64,000 nucleotides of DNA from Octopus vulgaris (taxonomy: Eukaryota), in assembly GCA_951406725.2 (NCBI GenBank), contig OX597814.1, forward strand, positions 39,680,001 through 39,744,000, given 5' to 3'. Under the pieces are notes generated by a model, which worked only from the letters and a program-made list of their open reading frames with translations, was not told the origin of the DNA and did not search any database. The translations under genes and the position numbers were made by a program. Of the stretch, positions 27,407-43,660 are shown piece after piece (within the stretch, counting starts at the first letter, position 1; every line of letters starts with the position of its first letter).

Positions 27407-30061
27407 ATATATATATATATATATAAATACATATAGATACATGTATAGATAAATAGAAAGAGATAGAAATATAGGGATACATTGAGAGAGAGAGAGAGAA
27501 AAGCAAAGACAGAGATAGTGATAGAGATAGATTGAGAGAGCGAAAGGGAGAGAGAAAGCGAGATTGACAGTGAGGAGAGATAGATAACTTTTTGATAATT
27601 GTAGTCGTAACTGCCAGCTGAAAAGTTATGGCGCTGCTGTTTACGATGAGAATTATTTGTTGTAAGTTACGTGTAAGTGGTGAGATATTTTCATTCTTAG
27701 CTCTTAGAATAATCTATTGTTTTGAAATGTTTTAGCCTTTCGAAGATTATACTTTGCAGGAAGACACTGATTTTAATTTATTGTTCAGTAGTTGAGTTAC
27801 ATAAGAGGATATGATAGGGTTCAATGGTAGTGATGTGTCAGATTCGGTAATTTTTTAAAACTTATAATTTTTCGTGGCTGTATATTTTTCATTTATAGAT
27901 AAATTTTTGATTTATTTCCCATGTCTGTTTGGATTGTGGATTTTTATTTCCTTGTTTGGGTTGCATAGCTTATACATATGCGCATATACGGGTACATACA
28001 TCTGAACTTTCATGTATGTTTTTGTGCGTGCGTTTGGGGACTCTATATCTGAAAGAAAGTTTCATATTACAATATCTCTATTGTAAACAAACTAGAATAA
28101 ATGTATTTTCTTTCTTCAAATGTCAGAGAATTTGATTAATTTTTACGAAGAAAGAGATATTACTAATCCAAGACATCTTCAGAATTAGAGAATATCTCAA
28201 TTATGCAGTCATTATCGCTTCAATGCTTGATGACGCAGCTGATACTTTAAACGTTCCTTCATTTTAAATCTGTGTGTGTCCTCATTCAACTGACGAGTAA
28301 ACTAATTATTTGTTAACCAAAGAATATACGACTAATACCTACCACTTGCAAAATTTACTCTCTACCGTCTTAAGCTAATTTGCAATTTAACTTGTAACTC
28401 TGTAATCTCTTATGAAATTACACCAGTTTTGTGAAACTCTAAAATATAAAGTAGATGAAATCAAATTTTTAGTGACGTCTTTTCCAAGAGAGCGATTGAC
28501 GTAGACTAGTAGATATTTATCTTGAGTGGTTTGAAAGGATTTGGAATATGACTAAGTTATAATGTCACATTAGCTCGTTTTTTCTGTTTACTGCCTTATA
28601 AATATGGACAGATTATTCCAACCTGTAAGGATGTTATGTTCAGTTTAGTTTCCTCAAAATTACTTAATCTGCGTGCCTCAGCCTTTTTATCAAACATCTG
28701 TATATAATAAATTCTCTGCGCGGAGAACTGGTAGAATCAAAACGATGGCGTAAGTATTCATTCATAATAACGACCGAGAAAGTTCAACATGAATTTGCTT
28801 TTTGTCTATTTATTATTGTATTTCATCTTCGGAGCCCACCCTCCTTTAGATAATGTGTAATCAATAAACAAGTGCCATTATTCTGTTTTAGATTCATTTA
28901 TTTAGAGGTAACTGCCACCGCTGAGACATATCTAGACCAAAAAGTAATGTCTGAAAAGTTCCTTACGTTAGTTATTACAGTGCGTTGTTAACACACATCG
29001 TCTGAATGGAGAAGGTATTCTCCAAAGACGAAATTTGAAAGCTGTTAGCATTTTCACAATCATATCTGCGGAACGTATTAGCAATGAATTTGTACATCAC
29101 CGCTCTACATATAAATTTAAAATTTATTCGTACGCTCTAAAGCAGTGTTTTGCTGTTCTTTTTTAAATTTAGTAATAGAAAATCAGTGAGTATGTTTCTT
29201 TTATCCAAGGATACGAAGCATGTATGTAGCAACAATTAAGACGGAGCATAATTTTCGCATTTTCTAGGATCCGTAATATATAGTTCTAATTAGGTGAATA
29301 TCAGAAACCCCCCATGTCTTCTGCTAAGGTGTGCACTCCAGACGTATTTGACAGATTAAATATTTGAGAAACAAAGATTCACTTATATCTACGTCATTAT
29401 ATTCATTGTATTGATCAAAGCATCAATACAAAATATTAAACCCACTTAATATTTCCACATTCTTTGCATAATTATTTTCGTTATTTTAGGCGTAAAATAT
29501 CAGTATACTTAATACAATGATAACTTTTAGAAATTTATATTTTAGTTTCCGATATCCACTGAGACGTACTTCGTATTTGTAACATTTTCATTAAACAGGA
29601 ATTAATCTTAAATAGTAATTAATATCTTCAAATTCCTCTTGATCTGCCTTGCCATTAATTACGAACCAAGTTGTTCATTGTACTGTTGTAGTATACGGTC
29701 TTAGATGAGGAACTATTAAATTATGGTTTTATATTAATAAATATATTGATTCACTGTATGTTAAGATTCCTGCACATGATCTACATCTTATGCTGAAAAA
29801 TAAATTTGGTAGATACGTTTTAAACTTTTTTCAGTTGATCTTCCACAGGCAAAAAGAGATAATACGGGTTGAACTACGAACTTGGAAATCGATACAAATA
29901 TTTCTATTGACACTCACCTGGTTTAGTTCACTTTTACCAAATGCGACTGATGTTTATTTTATTTTCATATCTAAATTACCATTTTTTTATTATTATGTTA
30001 ATATGTATTATAATATTAATATGTAATTTGTGTTAAATAAATTATTAATTTTTGGTAATTT

Positions 30062-30560
30062 ACCTGAGAACCGTAGCCACTGATGGCTGTAGACCACTTT
30101 TAGTCTACATTAGCTTGTTTACTACGGGTGACATATGAGTCATGCAAGGGATTTTGTTCTCACCTATCAGCCAATTGTTCAAACGCCTTTTGCTTTTGCC
30201 ATTGAATTCACCTTCGTTGCAACAACAGTTGCCACACTTCCATCACACTGTTCAATCTGAATATTATGAATGATCTCATTAGTAAGTTTTTTATCTCCTT
30301 CATGACAGAATGAAGCTTCTTTCGTCTCTCGTGGTTTTCAACGAGTATTATCATCCAATCATTAGATTTTTCAAAATAAGTGACCAGTCCAATTGAGATT
30401 GTTTTGTAAGAGATTTCAAACTGAATCAAGCCTCGAATTTTTGGGGTCTGGGAAGGTAAAGATGATCTGCGTCTGCCTTTGGATGATGCATCTTATTGTA
30501 AGTCAGCGGCTTTCGAATTTTCCGGTCAATCTTCCTTATTTCGCTCATATTCTGGTTCAA
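30062..30560 (-). mobile_element. Older decayed R4/Dong-like LINE fragment
   Basis: The minus strand reads EIRKIDRKIRKPLTYNKMHHPKADADHLYLPR, IQFEISYKTISIGLVTY, KKLHSVMKE, NPLHDSYVTR and HQWLRFSG, collinear with the other Dong-like copies. Confidence 0.8.
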
Positions 30561-30583
30561 TACATTATTATTATTATTATTAA

Positions 30584-30617
<34 letters not shown>

Positions 30618-30648
30618 GTTATTATTATTAATATTATTATTATTATTA

Positions 30649-32249
<1,601 letters not shown>

Positions 32250-32345
32250 TTATCATTATTATTATTATTATTACCATTATCATTAATATTATTGTTGTTG
32301 TTGTTATTATTATTATTATTATCATTGTGTTTTTATATTCTTCAG

Positions 32346-33977
32346 GAGGAAAAAGATGATCCACGCGCCAAATACCTTTGCATGCAGTTTATTAAAAGGA
32401 GTAATGCCGTAATGCAGATACGAATGTCACCACTGAGCTCTTCCGACGACGGTATATGTAATGACACCCGTTTGATGATGGATGACTGGCCTCTCCTATC
32501 CGTCCATTTGTTTCATACAACAGAAGTTAAATGCCCTTTTGAAGGAGGCTATGATTTTGATATAAAATTACCTTCAGGTAAAGAAGTGTGTACAAGTAAA
32601 ATGTTACCATTTCGGTTTGAAAGTTATTGTGTTGAAGAAGAAGGTCTATTACTTAGAATTCGTGATAAGACATGTACAGATTACATAGGAAATTTAAAAG
32701 AGGAGAACAGACTCCGTTGTTTGGCAACATGGAAACATGGTAAAGATACGTATGTGATTGTACGAGAAACTGATGTCGTGCGCTATTGGTGTATGCGCAT
32801 CATATACGACGATAACGGCATGATTAGCAAAATTTACTTCTTCTTAGATATGATATGTGATACGAAAACTATATTCCCTTCAAGTCGAAAATACCTTGTA
32901 TTTGAAATGTATCATCGGGTAATCCGAAGCATATGCAGTGATGAATTTGAAACATGTAGCAACCATAATATGTGTGATTCGGAACACAGGTCGCACTGCC
33001 TGGAATCTTGCGGTGACTGCCAAATTAAAGCCTTTAGTAAATTTCGTGGTCTTCAAGCCTGTTCCTTTCCAAAGATAATGCATGGTACTTGGGTGCGGCA
33101 TGTCAACCAAGGAACGAGCAAAATCACAATAAGTAATAACACAGTAAACATTAATACTGAAACAAATTGGCATTGTATTGATGCAGGAGAAGGTAACTAT
33201 TCTCGAAGACGGGTTCTAATGAAAACATTTGATAACGGTTGCTATCCACGTTTTATGTGTATCGAACTTCATGAAGCAGCTCCTTCAGTTATGCGATACC
33301 GAGTAGGAAAAATTGTTCTTTGGCCTCTGAACATTAGTCATTTACTCCAAGAACATGTCTGTAATGATAATCTTTTTGCACATAGTAGTCCCACTTTACC
33401 TTCTCAAAGAATCACTCCTTTGCAGAATTTAGTCCGCTCTTATGATAAAAGAACTGTTTCTTGTAATCTACCGCCTGGACTGGGAACATGGATAGCCTTC
33501 CGCGACGAGAAAGCGCGACGTGGCTGCCTCTTAAATGATATTCATTTTGTGCCGCACCATATGTTTTTGGTGATGGAGAACGAAGAAGGGAAGCACATAA
33601 AACATGCTGAGTACTTTTGCCTTGCGTCTATGAAATTCATAAATGAATACGATACGATAATTACGCAAACAAAAGATCAAAGTAATGAATATTTGTGTTG
33701 GATGATCATTGGTAACAAGGAATTCATTATGCTTCCAGCATCTCTCTGTAACAGAGTTCACGCTGAGGCAGTCTTGAGAAGAGTTGAGAAGCCCTTAGCA
33801 AGACTAAGTCTCATAAATAACAGTGAATGCAAACGTGCAGACGAGGAATGGCGTCAAAGAGTTATAGAAGAAAGAAACAAACACGATACACTACAGGTGT
33901 CTAAATCCATTGCTACGAATACCCGAGGATGTCTAGCATTAATTGTATTTTTTATGACATATCTGACGTTACACTGA
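32346..33977 (+). CDS. Coding exon 2 (terminal) of the cysteine-rich, probably GPI-anchored surface protein with a ShKT-like motif
   Basis: 543 open, complex codons follow acceptor TTTTTATATTCTTCAG|GAG (phase 0). Modules repeat as C.FP....GW, CPF.G.Y.F and CLA.W. A six-cysteine motif CSD....C.....C.......C..SC..C lies at 32934-33020. The C-terminus is hydrophobic (CLALIVFFMTYLTLH*), with AATAAA signals near 34150-34165. Confidence 0.9.
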   Translation, partial: EEKDDPRAKYLCMQFIKRSNAVMQIRMSPLSSSDDGICNDTRLMMDDWPLLSVHLFHTTEVKCPFEGGYDFDIKLPSGKEVCTSKMLPFRFESYCVEEEGLLLRIRDKTCTDYIGNLKEENRLRCLATWKHGKDTYVIVRETDVVRYWCMRIIYDDNGMISKIYFFLDMICDTKTIFPSSRKYLVFEMYHRVIRSICSDEFETCSNHNMCDSEHRSHCLESCGDCQIKAFSKFRGLQACSFPKIMHGTWVRHVNQGTSKITISNNTVNINTETNWHCIDAGEGNYSRRRVLMKTFDNGCYPRFMCIELHEAAPSVMRYRVGKIVLWPLNISHLLQEHVCNDNLFAHSSPTLPSQRITPLQNLVRSYDKRTVSCNLPPGLGTWIAFRDEKARRGCLLNDIHFVPHHMFLVMENEEGKHIKHAEYFCLASMKFINEYDTIITQTKDQSNEYLCWMIIGNKEFIMLPASLCNRVHAEAVLRRVEKPLARLSLINNSECKRADEEWRQRVIEERNKHDTLQVSKSIATNTRGCLALIVFFMTYLTLH

Positions 33978-34054
33978 GGAATGTAATAGATATATAAAAT
34001 ATTTAATTATATATAAAAAAAACAAAACAAATATAATGATATACGCAAATTATG

Positions 34055-34092
<38 letters not shown>

Positions 34093-35008
34093 CGTGTGTA
34101 TAACCTTGTTTACCAAACTGGGTAAAGATTGTGTGCACACAAGTAAATGAAATAAATACTAATAAATTGACCAAATCCAACAACAGCAAACATTTATATG
34201 AATTAATATATGCGTATGAGCCATGAAATAAGAACATGTTCATCACAAGTAACAACACTAACAACAAATATAAACCTTGATATACTGATAAATACTAATT
34301 TTCCCATTAAATCATCGGGTAAATAAAACCACTATCAATGAAGCAGTTAAAATATTACGAAAAGCTACGTCAATTTTTAAACCCTATTCTTTTATTATGG
34401 ATTTGGTAGTTATGTCTGGCGATAAGCTTGTGCAGAGCAGGGAGAATGATTAAAAAAAATTACTGACGATGTAAAGAAACTGAAAAGGGTCCAAGAAACC
34501 AGTGAGCAAAAGAAAGTAAAATGCACAAGTACACAAAATGTTCACGGAATTAGGACGCTGGAAATAAATGATACATTGAGGGTAAGACAAATGAAAACAG
34601 AATAAAAGTTAATATAAATGGTTTGACAAGAAGACAATCATGGGGAGAAAGGGAAATAATGAGATATAATAAAAAAAGAAAATGCGTGTTTATCAAAATC
34701 TCACTAAGGATAAAATCCTAGGACATTTCAATAAAAAGGAAGGATGTAAACGAACGATTGTAAATGCAAAAATTCATCCGCTACACTTTCCTTTATGTAA
34801 AAGGCTCTAGTTGTGTGGAAGGTTCTATGTAAGGATTGAAAGAAAAATTATGTGAGTAGGGAAAGGATGATCTAAAAAAATTTGAATGAAATAAAGGGGG
34901 AAACCGAATGAGAGAGAATGTTGTGAACAGTAAGAGATGAAGAAATTTGGTGTTATTGTTAGAGAATCGCGAAACCAAGGTGAGTTAAGCAGAACATTAA
35001 AGAAGAGA

Positions 35009-35060
<52 letters not shown>

Positions 35061-36096
35061 GTCTATCTGTCTATATGTCTGTCTGTATGTCTGTCTAACT
35101 GTCCGTTTGTCTGTCTGTCCGTCCCTCCATCTATGTAAGTATGTATATATGTGTGTGTGTGTATGTATATGTGTATGTATATGTATACACACACATACAA
35201 GTATGTATATACAATGAGTTAAAACATTATATTGTTTGTAGTGTTTCGACGTCAGGCGTGTTATATTTCGTGATTCTGCTGAGATGTATCCAGGTATACA
35301 TGTATTTCTGTACGTATTATTGGGTATTTGGAGTTTGTTCCAAAATTTGTCTAATCAATTCCCATTGTCCGTATTCCTTAAGTACCCCACCAAATTATTT
35401 TCGCATTTTCCTCCCTTTTACGGTTCGCTACGCATATTAATTATATAAACACTTATCAAAAGAGGAAGAGAGAATTATGAAGAAAACAGAAGTACAAAGG
35501 AAGAAAAGGAAAAGAATAAGTTCCGCATAACTATTATATAAAATAGAGAAAAACCGTAGTACAGGTATGGATGAATCTATGCAAATATTCCTGTATATAT
35601 GTTTGTGGCTGTAATTATATATAATTGTAAACAGATAAAGATAAAAGTCCTAAGAGAATGAATAAACGCAATTATAGTCAATGCAAAATTAGAATATACA
35701 AACAAATAAGAGTAAAAATACCAAACTTGATTCTATGACTTTTTCCTTCTGCGCTGTCTGGCCCTTATGATGAATGGAGCTAAAAAAGGTGTAATATTTT
35801 TGGAAAGAGAAAATGAGATGGTTAGAAAATTGATAAGCAGTGGTTCCCTAAAATGCAATTTAGGATACAGAATACGTATTGTACTATTGCTTGCTTCAGA
35901 TATATATATGACGCTACAAGTTGCATAGTTGAATTCCCGTAAGAACACATATATCTCAAAGCGGATAAATATTCAAATATTGGAATACATATATATATAT
36001 ATATATATTTATTTATATATATTTATCCACAAATATATGGGTGTATTAATATGCGTATATTTATGTACACAATATAAAGCAAACATTCGTATACAT

Positions 36097-36183
<87 letters not shown>

Positions 36184-36661
36184 TATAGTTTATAGAAGGT
36201 GTTACGCTCTAAATTGTACATTCGCGAAGCATGGCTACACTTTTAGGTAATGAAAGATTTGTTTGTCGAGATCTTATTTCTAACAGGGAGTGTCTTTCAT
36301 ATTAGTTGAAAGATGTGATGAACTACAGGATTTGCGGGGTAGTTGTCTAAAAAAAAAAAAAAAAGACTGGCAATTTAAAATTCCACGTTACACATTATTC
36401 ATTACAGCATAAGTAATAAGTTATGCATATAAAACCTAATAATCGTAATATTAATAACACGAAAATAATAAAGTCATAATAATTAAAAGTACAAATAGCT
36501 ACAGGATCTTTTAGACCACAATATGATATAGTAGAATTTTTAAATAATACCTATTACTAAGCTTTAACATTTGTAAGTATATATACAAATTTAATGTATA
36601 TAAATATTTATATATGTATATACATATATACACATATGGTTTGAGAAGAAAAAGCATATAG

Positions 36662-36724
<63 letters not shown>

Positions 36725-37480
36725 ACACACACGCGCTATACGAGGAAAGATGGATACAAGGAGAGAAAAATATTTTACATGAAAATATAAAAAGAGGGGC
36801 AATTATGATGTATATTGTGTTAGGCATATTCACATACACACATATATAACCATGCATGTATACAGATATATATATACGTGTGTGTATGTGCATATATATA
36901 TGTATGTATATATATATATATATATATATGTAAATGTGTGTGTGTGTGCGTGTGCATCTGTTAATGTTTGTTTTTATGTTCTGTTATAATAAAAAAAAGA
37001 ATTTACATTCATCTGTTGGGTTACTCTATATTTTTGTAGAGTGCAATTTTATTATTCATATGCATGAATGTTGTTTTCAAAGACTTTGAAGTTTTGGCCG
37101 CTTAATCCATCGTTGGTCTGCAAAGCATTAGTATCATTCTTTTATTTATATGGTCTCTCACGAGATAAAATCATGTTTACGTATGTGGGTTCGAGAAGGG
37201 TAGTAAATTTTATGATCTGTTGTTATGGAAAGTCCGTTCGAAAAAATAATTGTTGTTTACATTTCAGGTTACATTATGGTTTACAGTTTAATCATGCTAT
37301 GTAGAACTTTGTGAACAGGCCTGCACATGTTTTCCTTTTTTTAGGAAGGCACAGGGTGTAACGGTATTTTTGTTGCATTTGGTAATATTGGAATTAACAA
37401 TTTTGCTTTGACAATATAAAACACACAGATAGAAAGTTCAGTATTTAAGCTCTTAGTAATTACGTGTGTCAGCTTATAGA

Positions 37481-37519
<39 letters not shown>

Positions 37520-38036
37520 TGATATCTATGTATGTAGTATACTTTTCCGTTAAAGTAAGATTAAAGAAAAACTACTCAATCCGGTGAGTGAAAAATATTG
37601 TGTAGTGTACATAGTATAGAGATATGGGAGTCTAATAGATTTGTATGTTTGATATGGTTTCTATGCGTGTTTTTATAAGACGCTTCTTATCCCCATGGAA
37701 TAGTCGGCTTCTCAGCACATGGCCTTTAATGTTACAAATCAGAGAAATAGAAGATTAAGAACAAGAAAAACCAGAGGAATGTGGATACAAAAATTGAAGG
37801 GTGAAGGAAAAAAAAAGACAGAAATAAAAAAAATAATTGGACCTATTTCATCGTTGGCCGATAATCCATAAATCTAGTAGATGTAGACCCAACGGCAGGG
37901 GCCTGAAGTCTGATATACCGCTACACCATCCGAACGTAATTCCCGAATTCGCCGATAGAAACTTGTTCAAACATTCATGCATACACACACATACATATAC
38001 ATATACAAACACATAAGAACATATGTATATATATCC

Positions 38037-38181
<145 letters not shown>

Positions 38182-38242
38182 TGCGTAAATATATGTATAT
38201 ATATGTGTATATATGTATATACATACGTAAATATATATATCC

Positions 38243-38285
<43 letters not shown>

Positions 38286-38568
38286 ATGTATATATAGATA
38301 CATACAGTAGCTCATTTTCTTATTACTCGTAATACATTGTTCTGAAGCATACATTTATTGAGTTCTACTCCAGGTTATCGAACTCTGAATACCAAAGCGA
38401 ATCGCACGCACGCACGCGCACACGTATATTTACACACACATACAAAAACACATTTATATAGATATGTATGCATATATATATACGTATACATATATTATAT
38501 ATATGGTATTATAATCATATATATATATACATATGTATATATATGAGATATATATATGTATATATATG

Positions 38569-38622
<54 letters not shown>

Positions 38623-38635
38623 TTTTATTTTTTAT

Positions 38636-38752
38636 TTTATAGAAGGAGTTTACAGGACTAGAACTGTCTCATTCAAATGAAATCATCAGGAAGCTCCTGA
38701 TGATTTCATTTGAATGAAACAGTTCTAGTCCTGTAGAAGCTCCTTCTATAAA
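38636..38752. repeat. Near-perfect 117-bp palindrome with a CTGATGA...GAAA core in each arm
   Basis: TATAGAAGGAG..TACAGGACTAGAACTGTCTCATTCAAATGAAATCATCAGGA-agc-TCCTGATGATTTCATTTGAATGAAACAGTTCTAGTCCTGTA..CTCCTTCTATA, lying between (TA)n tracts. Confidence 0.9.
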
Positions 38753-38822
38753 TTAATTTACTCTGCTATGTATTGAGTACCTTATTTACTGTGGTTAACC
38801 CCGACTCAACCCGGGACCTACA

Positions 38823-38878
<56 letters not shown>

Positions 38879-38884
38879 TATGAG

Positions 38885-38972
<88 letters not shown>

Positions 38973-39463
38973 GCAATCCCTTTTCTCACTAGTAGATATG
39001 TACGCTATTTAAACAGCTGATATTGACAGTTGAGTCAAGACATAGACTAGCGAAATGTCGAAGTAGCGATGTATCAATGTATATATTGCATGTATCAATT
39101 TTTTCTTGTCATTTATCATAGAATTATTTAATTTTATTAAAACGTCTGTTAATAATTTGAAGCAATAACAAACTTCTTTAGTTTTTAATAATTGTTACTT
39201 TATTATTTTGATTATCTATTTATTCTTTATTAATTCATTTGTGTATTTTCCCCAATTCTGTTATATTTGTCTATTGTACGATTTCTAAGCTCCCCCAAAT
39301 TGTAACGCATAGAGCTTCTTTTCGACATATAGACGAAAGAAATAATCAAAACCTTATCTCAGTTAGTAGTAGTAGTTGTCGTCGTAGTAGTCATAGCAGT
39401 TGTAGTAGTAATATTTTTAGTAGTAGCAGCAATAATAATAATAATAATATGTATGTATGTATA

Positions 39464-39507
<44 letters not shown>

Positions 39508-39593
39508 GAAATGTATGATTATAATGCATTTTCTAAATTTTATTTTGAGATAATCTTATAAATTATTATATGAATATGTATAAACACACACAC

Positions 39594-39624
<31 letters not shown>

Positions 39625-39633
39625 TGTATGTTC

Positions 39634-39699
<66 letters not shown>

Positions 39700-39710
39700 A
39701 TTATCGACAG

Positions 39711-40051
39711 TGGACGGAAATGTGTCCTCAAATTGTTTGTTGTTACCAGAACGTTTCAGCTGATTTATCGTCTAGCCTTCGTCAGGTGCCTGGTAGAATT
39801 TTTAACCCAACCCATAGTTCTCATAACTGACGTACTTTTGGGTTATGTTCTTGTTATTATTCTTCTTCTTCTTCTCATTGTTGTTGTTGTTGTTTATTCA
39901 GACACTGCCTGCAGCAGAACTCGGAATCTTGGAGTTAGTAGCCAGCGCTGTTAACCATTACCCTATATGCCCGAGCATATTGCGTAATAGGTAAGAGCGC
40001 AGGCTACTAAAAACAACATTCCGAACTCAGTTTCAGGCAGTGCATTGAAGA

Positions 40052-40092
<41 letters not shown>

Positions 40093-40093
40093 A

Positions 40094-40169
<76 letters not shown>

Positions 40170-40320
40170 TTAACAGCAATAACATCAGCATAACATGCTT
40201 AAGGAATGAGCACCCAGGGTTAGGTTCAAAATTCTACCAGGACACATTATGAAGGCTGGGGAGTAACTAAGCCGAGGCGTTTTGGTAACAACAAACAAGT
40301 TAAGGTCAGATATCTGTCCA
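39711..40320. mobile_element. Head-to-head pair of tRNA-headed SINE-like elements with hammerhead-like tails
   Basis: The centre is ATATGCCCGAGCATAT (about 39972). Each arm has a tRNA-like head (GCGTAATAGGTAAGAGCGCAGGCTACTAA...TTCCGA), an AAT/AAC microsatellite, then a tail. The left tail on the minus strand reads CTGACGA-AGGCT...AGCT-GAAACGTT. The outer ends match (TTGTTTGTTGTTACCA / TGGTAACAACAAACAA). Confidence 0.8.
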
Positions 40321-40370
40321 ATCTAAGTAACGTAAATAATTTACAGAAATCCTCATCCCTAAATATAGAA

Positions 40371-40433
<63 letters not shown>

Positions 40434-40567
40434 TAAACATTGATATACGGACAGACAGACAGATAGATAGATAGATCATGTACTGCTTCCTGATAGTAAT
40501 AACAACAGAGACTGCACTCCATCTGGTGAGAAATAGATATTATTTAATTGACACAATGCATGCTTTT

Positions 40568-40659
40568 AAGTTCTACTAATAGTTTCATGTACTGTTAACA
40601 TGCAACATAATAAATTATAATATGTATATCGTGCTTGCATAGTCATCAGGTTCAAACTT
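40568..40659 (-). ncRNA. Degenerate hammerhead-like motif
   Basis: The minus strand reads AAGTTTGAAC-CTGATGA-(CTATGCAA...TTGCATG...CAT)-GAAA-CTATTAG-TA-GAACTT. Stem III pairs and a GUA triplet is present, but stem I is out of register by 4 nt. Confidence 0.4.
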
Positions 40660-41287
40660 CATAGCGAAACGATATAAATGTTGGACGAGATAAGAAACGT
40701 CAAAAGACGAAAAGGAAGCATTATAGGGAACGTGGACGTTTAAAATACTGTAAACGAAAATGAAATCCGAAAGGAGTGAACATGTAAAAGAGTTACTTCC
40801 ATTAGACCTTAAATCAATGAAGGAAAAAAAATAGGTAATTAGATTAATTTGGTAATATATATAGGCATGTATAATATTTACGTGTGTATTTTTGAGATAA
40901 TATACATACCAAGCGTTCCATTATATATATATATTTAAGCCTTTATATTTATGTTCTCATAAATATATTTACAAAATATGTTGTTGATGATTCGATATGA
41001 ACTACAGTAATATGAACCACAATATCTATAGAGAACTTCTCTCATGCACCGCACTCACGCACATGCACATACACAGCATATATAAACAAGCAACATTATA
41101 ACTTTCTTCTTATTCCTACACACACAAGTGTACACAATATATATTCATATGTATTTATATATGTATGACTATAAATGTATGTATATTAATCATATACACC
41201 TTCTATATCAATATCTATCCATCTATTTATGAATATATACATATATGTGTGTATGCACACACACATACACACACACACTCACACACT

Positions 41288-41341
<54 letters not shown>

Positions 41342-41542
41342 CGTAAGCCCCTTCACTAACTCTAGGGCATAGTAAGTTTACGTTTACAATCCGGAGAACA
41401 CCCTAATGGTTAAAAGATGAGGTAAAATCTGTGCGTATATACGAAATTTAGGCTATATCCTAGTGTTTTATAAGTTTCATATCAATTTTGCTCAGTGCCT
41501 ACCGACACATGTATCGCTTCTACGCCTATGTTGCTTTCGTTG

Positions 41543-41585
<43 letters not shown>

Positions 41586-41780
41586 TATGTGTGTGTGTGT
41601 ATTTATACACACACATATATGCATGTATATATATATATATGCATGTATGTATGGACGTATATTGTATACACACACACCTATTGAGTAATCTTTTGATTTA
41701 ATTATAAATATATTTTTGCATAATTCGACAAGCAAAATATATAAAAGCTTATGACCAAAACACACACACACACACACAAA

Positions 41781-41847
<67 letters not shown>

Positions 41848-42534
41848 CATAATGCATTGTCTAACCTAGGAACAATCTATTGGTGATTTTATTATCGTAT
41901 CATGATATTTCCATTAATTTGCGTAATTAAATTCTTACGATCACTTACATATTTCTGATTATTTCAAAAATGCATTTCATTTACAAATAGCGGATTAACA
42001 AATAATTTTATATGGTGTTTTACCCTCATTCTGAAGTACAGGTACGAAATTTTGTGAGTTGAAAAACTCATTGCAACTATACTTATTATTTGAATCATAT
42101 TACGGCCGAAATTTCTAAACATATTTAAAAAAATGAAAAACACAACAAAAGGGAAATCGAACTGAATGTTTTCATTCCAGAATGCTTAAATCTAGTGTTT
42201 GATGTAAAGTTTATGTAGCGCAAAAACGGAAACAATAATAGATACGAAATCCTTGTACACTTATATAGATAAAAATGCCAATGGAAGCGAAATTGTATAA
42301 AAATGCGAAAATTTCCCAAATTCGAAGTGAATTGTTTTTTCCCATCTGCATTCAAAAGATGGAACTTTTTATCTTTATTGAAAATATGTCAATTCCTTAC
42401 AGATATATTCCACATAATTGAAAAGTGAAAAGGACATGCATGTATTCATTCATTCATGCATTTATACACGCATGCATATATACATGCATACATGCATGCA
42501 TAAATATATACACATACATATATTTGAGTTTCTG

Positions 42535-42567
<33 letters not shown>

Positions 42568-42644
42568 ATACATATAATATGAATATATGCATATATACAT
42601 ACATATATGTACTTAACTGCACACACACACACACACACACATAT

Positions 42645-42727
<83 letters not shown>

Positions 42728-42810
42728 AACACAATGAGTAAAACGAAAACATTAAAACAAAAACTTAGAAACATAGAATTTGTTTTGGGAAAAACGAAAA
42801 GACAGAGAAA

Positions 42811-42851
<41 letters not shown>

Positions 42852-43629
42852 TATACGTATGTATATTTACGCATATGCATACACACGTATACATATATAT
42901 ATATGTATACACACAGACACACAAAAATATATATTACACGTATACACGTATATTTATATACAAATGCGTGCCTAGGTTTTAATTTTAACCTATGTGAAGT
43001 TTTAACATGGCACCGATAAAAGTATTTTGTGAACAAAAGGGGATAGAGCAATTCCCTTTATAGCAGCAACAGCACTCATATTTCGAAGATAATAGATAAT
43101 CGTAGTGCATTACACGTGTCTATGTGCTGCTGAGTCTTTTGAGGGTAAGACTTTGTGAGAATTTCCTCAAAAGAGACCAGTCGCAACATTACCGATTTAG
43201 GTTGTATAAAACGTTCTTCTTACAAGTATGTTACTGGTAATAGGAAGAAAATCTAATTGTAATTTCAACAACAATATCAAAGCCATTAAATTGAAAGACA
43301 TTTATAACTGGTATTGTTATACACAAAACTTCAGAAATTATATGAAACTTACTGATAATTTTTATTGAGATGAGACATATTCTTTAAATTAACAATAGAT
43401 TTTGGGATTGGAACGTTACTATTAGATATTTCTAATCTTCATCTCCACATGACGATAATTGTCTATTCAGATCTATCTACTCAAGATTGGCATTCAGAAT
43501 ATATGTCAATCCACTATTTATTATCTTACACATCGCTCTCCCCCTGATAGCGTACAATATTGAATTCAAAGAAACTTACAAAAGTGAAAAAGATATTCAA
43601 TATGAACAACGATGACACTAATATATGCG

Positions 43630-43660
<31 letters not shown>

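Noticed and set aside
30071-30127. Nested hairpin CCGTAG..TGTAGAC/GTCTACA..CTACGG as a structured RNA
   Set aside because: It lies within the coding remnant of the older Dong-like fragment (HQWLRFSG region) and is probably incidental.
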